A program made the position numbers and the translations under genes. From Nannocystis bainbridge (GTDB lineage Bacteria; Myxococcota_A; Polyangia; Nannocystales; Nannocystaceae), in assembly GCF_028368995.1 (NCBI RefSeq), contig NZ_JAQNDL010000005.1:448001-512000 (forward strand): 64,000 bases of DNA, given 5' to 3'. The number at the start of each line of letters is the position of its first letter. The stretch's first letter is position 1. The notes beneath the pieces are model-generated. The model saw nothing but the letters and a program-made list of their open reading frames with translations. It was not told the DNA's origin and searched no databases. Shown piece by piece: positions 58,649 to 64,000 of this stretch.

Positions 58649-59509
58649 ATGCGACGAGACAAGAATGCCCAAGGTTTGGCCATTGCGGGTGCGGCGCTGA
58701 TCGCCGTGGTCGCCACGAGCGCCTGCAGCAGCGAGCGCGAGCGTGCGGCCGATCGTGCGGCGCAGCAGGCCCCCATGCCGCTTCCGACCGCCAAGGTCGA
58801 CGAGGTCAAGGAGCACCCGGCCTGGTACTACGACAAGGCCGTCCGCGTCACGGGCGCGATCGACGAGGTCTACAGCGACCAGGCGTTCCGCCTCGAGGGC
58901 ACCGGCTGGGCGTTCGACGACGACATCACGGTCCTGCTGAAGAAGCCGGTCGACGCCGGCGCCTCGACCACCTTCGCCAAGGACGACGAGCTGATCGTCA
59001 GCGGCACCGTGCGCCGCTTCGTGGTCGCCGACGTCGAGCGCGACCTCGGCTGGGACCTCAGCCCCGAGATCGAGGTCAAGCTCAAGGAGCGCCCGGTCCT
59101 GATCGCCGACGCCGTCCGCAAGATCACCCCCGAGCAGGCCAAGAACGCCAACGAGGTCGCCAAGGGCGACGTCGAGACCGTCGCTCAGTTGGTCGCCGTC
59201 ACCGACCAGAAGTCGCTCGAGGGCAAGAAGATCGACCTCGACCGCGAGAAGGTCCAGCTGATCGTCGGCAAGGGCATGTGGATCGGCTCCTCCACCACCG
59301 AGAAGGTGTTCGTGGTCCCGAAGGAGATGCCCAAGGAGGTCGTCGCGGGTGATTTCGTGACCGTCTCCGGCACGATGCAGGAGATCCCGGCCAACGCGGT
59401 CGAGAAGTGGGACCTGCCCAAGGAGATGACGAACGAGCTCGGCACCGTCGTGTTCGTCGATGACGCCAAGGTCCGCGAGCTCGACGACGACGACCAGCGC
59501 CGCAACTGA
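58649..59509 (+). CDS. Lipoprotein with two OB-fold-like repeats
   Basis: Lipobox TSAC; V.V.G.I.EV....AF and GD.V.VSGT units occur twice. Confidence 0.7.
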   Translation: MRRDKNAQGLAIAGAALIAVVATSACSSERERAADRAAQQAPMPLPTAKVDEVKEHPAWYYDKAVRVTGAIDEVYSDQAFRLEGTGWAFDDDITVLLKKPVDAGASTTFAKDDELIVSGTVRRFVVADVERDLGWDLSPEIEVKLKERPVLIADAVRKITPEQAKNANEVAKGDVETVAQLVAVTDQKSLEGKKIDLDREKVQLIVGKGMWIGSSTTEKVFVVPKEMPKEVVAGDFVTVSGTMQEIPANAVEKWDLPKEMTNELGTVVFVDDAKVRELDDDDQRRN

Positions 59510-59517
59510 GGCCGCCC

Positions 59518-59898
59518 ATGGCGCGCCGCGATTCGCCGCCGCTGCACACCCCCGACGGACGATACATCGTCGTCCGCGGCCGGTTGTGGCGCGCGGCGAA
59601 TCCTTTTTTGGCCGAAGGCGCGCGGGCCGAGCTGGTGCGCGCGCTGATGACGGCCCGCCGCGACGTCCGCCGCGCGGGCGCCGAGGGCGACGACGAGGCG
59701 CTGCGGGCCGCCCGGTCGCGGGTCCACGCCGCCAAGGTCGGCCTCGGCGAGCGCGGGCCCGTGTGGTGGAAGGACGGCGCGCCCGACCTCGGGCGGCGGA
59801 TGATCCAAAATACAGCGTATGCTCAATGGTATCGTGAACGATTATCGTCGCTTGCACGATCGAAAGACCCGCCTATTACTTCGGCAGGAGTCACGTAA
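59518..59898 (+). CDS. Conserved hypothetical protein
   Basis: TPDGRYIVVRGRLWRAANP...AKVGLGERGPVWW.DGAPD is a recognisable small family. Confidence 0.75.
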   Translation: MARRDSPPLHTPDGRYIVVRGRLWRAANPFLAEGARAELVRALMTARRDVRRAGAEGDDEALRAARSRVHAAKVGLGERGPVWWKDGAPDLGRRMIQNTAYAQWYRERLSSLARSKDPPITSAGVT

Positions 59899-59904
59899 AA
59901 CACC

Positions 59905-60228
59905 ATGAGCAACGTCCTTCACCGTTCCTTCCTCGCGTTCGCCTTCCTCTTCGGCCTCGGCCTGGCCGCCTGCGGCGACGACAGCAGCGGCGCCACCAAC
60001 CTCGAGATCAGCGCCAGCTGCAAGTCGTACTGCGACAAGGCCCGCGAGTGTGACGAAGACGTCTCGGTCGACGAGTGCGTCAACGACTGCAAGGACAAGA
60101 TCGGCAACTGCATGGCCGACGAGCAGCGGGAGACGCTGGACGACCTCGACTCCTGCGCCTCGGACGCCTGCGGCGAGTTCGGGGCCTGCACCATCGGAGC
60201 GGGGCTGCAATGCACGTTCGGTCTGTGA
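59905..60228 (+). CDS. Cys-rich small lipoprotein
   Basis: GGAG RBS, lipobox LAAC, regular Cys spacing. Confidence 0.75.
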   Translation: MSNVLHRSFLAFAFLFGLGLAACGDDSSGATNLEISASCKSYCDKARECDEDVSVDECVNDCKDKIGNCMADEQRETLDDLDSCASDACGEFGACTIGAGLQCTFGL

Positions 60229-60521
60229 GCCCGGGCCCCGGCCCCATCGACCCTGCGGATCCGGGGCTGACCCCGCCTGACCCGCAGGGCCCGCCGGGCC
60301 AGCCGACCCCGCGCGAGGCCCCGCCCCAGCCGGACCCGCGAGGGCCGCGCGAGGACCCGACTCCGCCGCCTCAGCGGGACCCCGAACCGACCCCGCCGCC
60401 GCGCGAGGACCCGACCCCGCCGAGCCCGCCCGAGATCGATCCGCCGCCGAACGAGCCGCCGCGCATCGACCCACCGCCGGGCGACCCGCCGGGCCAGGAA
60501 CCTCCACCCATCATCGCCTGA
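60225..60521 (+). CDS. Pro-rich small protein
   Basis: GTGA overlap; repeated DP.PPP/EPP units. Confidence 0.45.
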   Translation: MSPGPGPIDPADPGLTPPDPQGPPGQPTPREAPPQPDPRGPREDPTPPPQRDPEPTPPPREDPTPPSPPEIDPPPNEPPRIDPPPGDPPGQEPPPIIA

Positions 60522-60531
60522 GGCGACCGAC

Positions 60532-60723
60532 ATGACCGTGCCCGCGCCACCCGACCCTCATGACCCGCTCGCGCCCCGAATCGACGATCCGGGGTTCTAT
60601 CGGCGAGGGTGGTGGCGCGGCGCGCCGCGTTCGGCCTTCCGCCGGCCGCTGCGGCTGACCGCGGCGATGCTGCTGCTCGCCGCGGTCGCGCTCGGAGTCG
60701 TAGTATTGCTGCGGTCGTTGTGA
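60532..60723 (+). CDS. Small membrane protein
   Basis: GAGG upstream; C-terminal TM helix. Confidence 0.5.
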   Translation: MTVPAPPDPHDPLAPRIDDPGFYRRGWWRGAPRSAFRRPLRLTAAMLLLAAVALGVVVLLRSL

Positions 60724-60795
60724 TTCGTCGGGCGCCGCGGGCGCTGTTCATAATTGCGCGTGCGGGTGTCACCGAACGGTGACATTCCAGTGCGC

Positions 60796-61686
60796 ATGAC
60801 TCGAGACGATTCCGTCACCGCCGTGGGCCCAATGCCCACACCCACGCGCACCGGCGTCTGTTGGGGCTCGATCTTCGCGGGCACCATGATCGCCGTCGGC
60901 GCGTGGCTCCTCCTCCACCTGCTCGGAATGGGGATCGGCCTCACGGCCATCCATCCCCATCATCCGGGCTCGCTGCGCAGCTTCAGCATCGGCGCGGGGG
61001 TCTGGACGCTCGTCGCCCCGATCCTCGCGCTGTTCGTCGGCGGCCTCGTCGTGGGCAAATTGTCGGGTCCGAGCGACCGCCTCGGCGGCCTCGTTCACGG
61101 CGCCGTGGTGTGGGCGCTCGCCACGGTGGCCTCGATCACCCTGCTCTCGATGGCGCTCACCGCGGTCCTCGGCGGCGCCGTCTCGGCGGGCGCCAGCGTG
61201 GCCACGGCGGCCACCGGCGGCGCCGTCGCGGCCCTCGGTGGGGCCGTCGAGGTCGCCCCGGAGTCGCTGGGCCTGTCGACCGACGACCTGCTGGCGCCGA
61301 TCAATCGCCGCCTGCAGAGCGAGGGCAAGCCGGCGATCACCGGCGAACAAATCATGGCAGCCGCGAAGAAGGCCCTGCGCACTTCGGTGCGCGAGGGCCG
61401 GATCGACCGTCAATCGGCCGTGAACGCCCTGGCCGAGGACACCGCGCTGTCGCCGGCCGAGGCGGCCGACCTCGCCGGGCAGATCGAGCGCGGCTACGAC
61501 GCCCGCGTGCACGAGCTCGCCGAGACGGCCCGGACCCACGCGCTCGAGGCCGCCGAGGGGGCCGGCAAGGCGCTGCTGGGCCTGTCGCTGGCGATGCTGC
61601 TCGGCCTCGCCGCGGCCGTCAGCGGCGCGCTGGTCGGCGTCCACCGCCCGCAGTCCGGCCGGCGCATGCACACGCGGGACGACTGA
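60796..61686 (+). CDS. Multi-pass membrane protein
   Basis: WGSIFAG...LG.GIGL, GGLVHG.VVWAL and a final TM helix. Confidence 0.8.
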   Translation: MTRDDSVTAVGPMPTPTRTGVCWGSIFAGTMIAVGAWLLLHLLGMGIGLTAIHPHHPGSLRSFSIGAGVWTLVAPILALFVGGLVVGKLSGPSDRLGGLVHGAVVWALATVASITLLSMALTAVLGGAVSAGASVATAATGGAVAALGGAVEVAPESLGLSTDDLLAPINRRLQSEGKPAITGEQIMAAAKKALRTSVREGRIDRQSAVNALAEDTALSPAEAADLAGQIERGYDARVHELAETARTHALEAAEGAGKALLGLSLAMLLGLAAAVSGALVGVHRPQSGRRMHTRDD

Positions 61687-61711
61687 CGGCGATCGCGGCG
61701 TGAACCAACGC

Positions 61712-61747
61712 GAAAATCACCGATCGGTCGCCCGATCGGTGATTTTC
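61712..61747. terminator. Bidirectional hairpin terminator
   Basis: Perfect 16-bp stem GAAAATCACCGATCGG-TCGC-CCGATCGGTGATTTTC between convergent genes. Confidence 0.75.
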
Positions 61748-61777
61748 ATGGTGATTGGTACGAGTCGCTAGCGCCCC

Positions 61778-62038
61778 TCACGGAGGGGTCGGTGCCGGCG
61801 GCGGCGTCGGGCTCGGCGACGGATTGGGGCCCTTCGGCTTGGGCGGCTTCGGCTCCGGGGTCGGCTGCGGCTTGGGCTCCGGGGCCGGCGGGGCCGTCGG
61901 CTCGTCGGGCGTCGGCTGGGCGATCTTCTCGGTGGTCTTGCCCTTGTCTCCGGCCGCCGAGGCCTGCGCGGTGGCGACGGTCGTCGTCATCATGGCGATC
62001 CCGAGCAGCGAAGCGAAGATGCGAGTTCGGTGGTGCAT
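61778..62038 (-). CDS. Small secreted Pro-rich protein
   Basis: Signal peptide ending AQA; PK/PEP-rich tail. Confidence 0.6.
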   Translation of the reverse strand: MHHRTRIFASLLGIAMMTTTVATAQASAAGDKGKTTEKIAQPTPDEPTAPPAPEPKPQPTPEPKPPKPKGPNPSPSPTPPPAPTPP

Positions 62039-62186
62039 GAATGCCCTTTCTCGCCGACGAGCTTAACCGTGACCGGGCAGCGCGCAAACGCGGCGGACCC
62101 GTCTGGAGGGCGAGCCCCCGCCGATCGCGGGGGCTCTGTGCTCGACCTCGCAAGCGGCGGCGACGCCCGAGCGCTGCGGCGGATCG

Positions 62187-62909
62187 CTACGGCACGGCGC
62201 TGCGGCACACGTTGTCGAGGCACACCGCGACGATGCTGCCGTTGTCGGCGGTCGCCTCGCCGTCCTCGGCGTCGGTCTCCTCCGCCACGCAGTCGCAGAA
62301 CGGCTCGAACGTGCACGGCGCCGCCGCCTCGGCGTAGGCCCCCGCCGACGCCTCGCTGATGCCGTACGCGTCGACGGTGCCGCAGCAGTCGGTCATGTGG
62401 AACACGACGATGCAATCCTGATCGACCTCGCACGCGCGCTCGACCCCGGGCGCGTCGAGCGGCGGGTCCTCGCACACCTGGCCGCCGCCGGTCTCGAACC
62501 CGCTGGTGCTCGAGGTGCTGGACACGTCGGTGTCGCTCTCGGCCTCGCTGGTGCTCGAGCTGGAGGCGTCCGTATCGGGCCCAGTCGCGCTGGTCGTGCT
62601 CGAGCTGGAGGCGTCGGTGTCCGGCCCGGTCGCGCTCGAAGTGCTCGAGCTGGAGGCGTCGGTGTCCGGCCCGGTCGCGGTCGCGCTCGAGCTGCTCGAG
62701 GTCGACTCGGGGTCGGTCGCGCTCGAGGTGCTCGAGGTGCTCGAGGCGGATTCGTTCGAGGTCGCCGATTGACCCGAGGTGCTCGAGGTGCTGTCGTCCT
62801 CGCCGTCGGTCGCCGAGTCGTACGGCTCACCGAGCAATTTGGCGTTGAGGGTGCAACCGCCGAGAGTCGTCGCCAGCAGGGGAAGGATAGTCAGAATCTT
62901 CAATGTCAT
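62187..62909 (-). CDS. Lipoprotein with Ser/Thr tandem repeats and Cys-rich C-terminal domain
   Basis: GAGG RBS, lipobox LGGC, three ATGPDTDASSSST units, C..D.DC...DCCG. Confidence 0.8.
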   Translation of the reverse strand: MTLKILTILPLLATTLGGCTLNAKLLGEPYDSATDGEDDSTSSTSGQSATSNESASSTSSTSSATDPESTSSSSSATATGPDTDASSSSTSSATGPDTDASSSSTTSATGPDTDASSSSTSEAESDTDVSSTSSTSGFETGGGQVCEDPPLDAPGVERACEVDQDCIVVFHMTDCCGTVDAYGISEASAGAYAEAAAPCTFEPFCDCVAEETDAEDGEATADNGSIVAVCLDNVCRSAVP

Positions 62910-62997
62910 GTCGTCCTCAGTGCCCGGTGAATGTCCGGCCCCGCTGGTTTTCGTCGGCCGCTCGCAGCGAATGGACATGTCCCTCCGGACATGTCCT

Positions 62998-64000
62998 TCA
63001 GCGCACGCCGCAGGCCCGGCGCACCCGCTCGGCCGACAGCGAGCCGGGGTGCGCGCCGAGGAACGCCGTCGCCGCGGCCGCGCCATCCTCCCGCCCCGCC
63101 GCGCACAGGGCCACCGCCCGCAGGGCGGCCGCCTCCTCGCGCAGGGCCCCGCCGGGGAAGCGCTGCTGGTAGTCGGCGAGCCGCGTCAACGCCTGCTCGG
63201 GGCTGCCGCCGGCGAGCGCGTCGTTGACGGCCCGCACGAGCGCCAGCTCCTGCGCGAGGCCGTCGGCCCCGGCGACTTCGGCGGCACCACCATGGGGATC
63301 GCCCGTCGCGACGGATTCGTCGCGGCGTCGCCCGCTCGCGGCGCCGCTCTTCGGATTCGCGGGAGCGGGCGAGCCCTCCGCGGAGGCCCGGCCCGCCGCG
63401 CCGTCGCTCGCGGACCGACCGACGCTGCCCACATTCACGGCCGCCCCGGCGCGGCCCACATTACCGATGCTGCCCACATTGACCACCGTGCCGGCGCTGT
63501 CCGCATTTCCGGCGTTGCCCACATCGCCCGCCGCAACGGCGCTGCCCACATTTCGCGCGACGCCGGCGCTTTCCGCATCCGCCGTGCCGGCGCTACCCAC
63601 ATTCCCTGCAACGCCCGCGCCGCCCGCATTCGCATCGGCCGCGCCGCCGTCGCTGTCCTCCGCGCCCGCGCCCCGCAGCGGCGCCCGGCCGCCTGCGCGC
63701 CGCGTCGTCACCGACTCGCTCGTCGTCGCCTCGGCGCCCTGCAGCGCGGCCGCCGAGCGAGCCGCCTCGGCCTCGGCGTCGAGCCGGCGCGGCGCCACCT
63801 GGATGGCCAGCGCCACCGCGGCGGCCACCAGCCCGACGATCGCCACGCCGACCCATTGCGGCGAGACCCGCCGCCGCAGCGGCAGCACCTGCGCCTCCGG
63901 GGCCCCGGCGGCGCTGCGGCGCACCGACGCCAGCAGGCGCTCGGTCGCGGCGGACGACGGCCCGGCGTCGCGGCGATAAGCGGTCAACAGGGCGCGAGCG
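62998..64000 (-). CDS. Putative ECF anti-sigma membrane protein with TPR-like tail (5' end off the window)
   Basis: Single TM, low-complexity linker, LAQELALV...FPGG.L.EEA.ALR..ALC...FL..HP.S. Confidence 0.65.
   Translation of the reverse strand, partial: ARALLTAYRRDAGPSSAATERLLASVRRSAAGAPEAQVLPLRRRVSPQWVGVAIVGLVAAAVALAIQVAPRRLDAEAEAARSAAALQGAEATTSESVTTRRAGGRAPLRGAGAEDSDGGAADANAGGAGVAGNVGSAGTADAESAGVARNVGSAVAAGDVGNAGNADSAGTVVNVGSIGNVGRAGAAVNVGSVGRSASDGAAGRASAEGSPAPANPKSGAASGRRRDESVATGDPHGGAAEVAGADGLAQELALVRAVNDALAGGSPEQALTRLADYQQRFPGGALREEAAALRAVALCAAGREDGAAAATAFLGAHPGSLSAERVRRACGVR

Noticed and set aside
62500-62800. CRISPR-like periodic repeats (also 22660-22950 and 63420-63620)
   Set aside because: They are in-frame coding repeats without unique spacers, and no cas genes are present.

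Overview
This is very high-GC DNA typical of a myxobacterium, probably Nannocystis-like (a MYXO-CTERM M36 peptidase and many lipoproteins with Thr/Ser linkers). The core of the window (about 5.1-24.5 kb) is a divergently transcribed type VI secretion locus that resembles the Francisella pathogenicity island (FPI, T6SS-ii) more than a canonical T6SS-i. It has IglA/IglB-like sheath domains fused into one ORF, a non-Hcp-like tube candidate in the iglC position, and a spike split into a PdpA-like hub plus a short VgrG needle. It also has IglE-, IglG (DUF4280)-, IglI- and IglJ-like genes, no ClpV, and a degenerate acyl-CoA-synthetase-fold protein in the iglF position. Each arm ends in a compositionally atypical orphan with glycosyltransferase-like motifs. 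Downstream lie a TerY-P (vWA/PP2C/kinase) triad and two canonical-type effector cassettes: DUF2169 + KS-like + PAAR-metallopeptidase + immunity, and VgrG + nitrilase-fold protein + DUF2169 + PAAR-like + DUF2169. These are followed by a debris zone of pseudogenes and IS remnants, then ordinary secreted and housekeeping genes. The left edge holds a RoxA-like rubber oxygenase that the ORF track missed, divergent from a di-heme cytochrome c. Family calls come from motif reading and recalled reference sequences; no searches were run.
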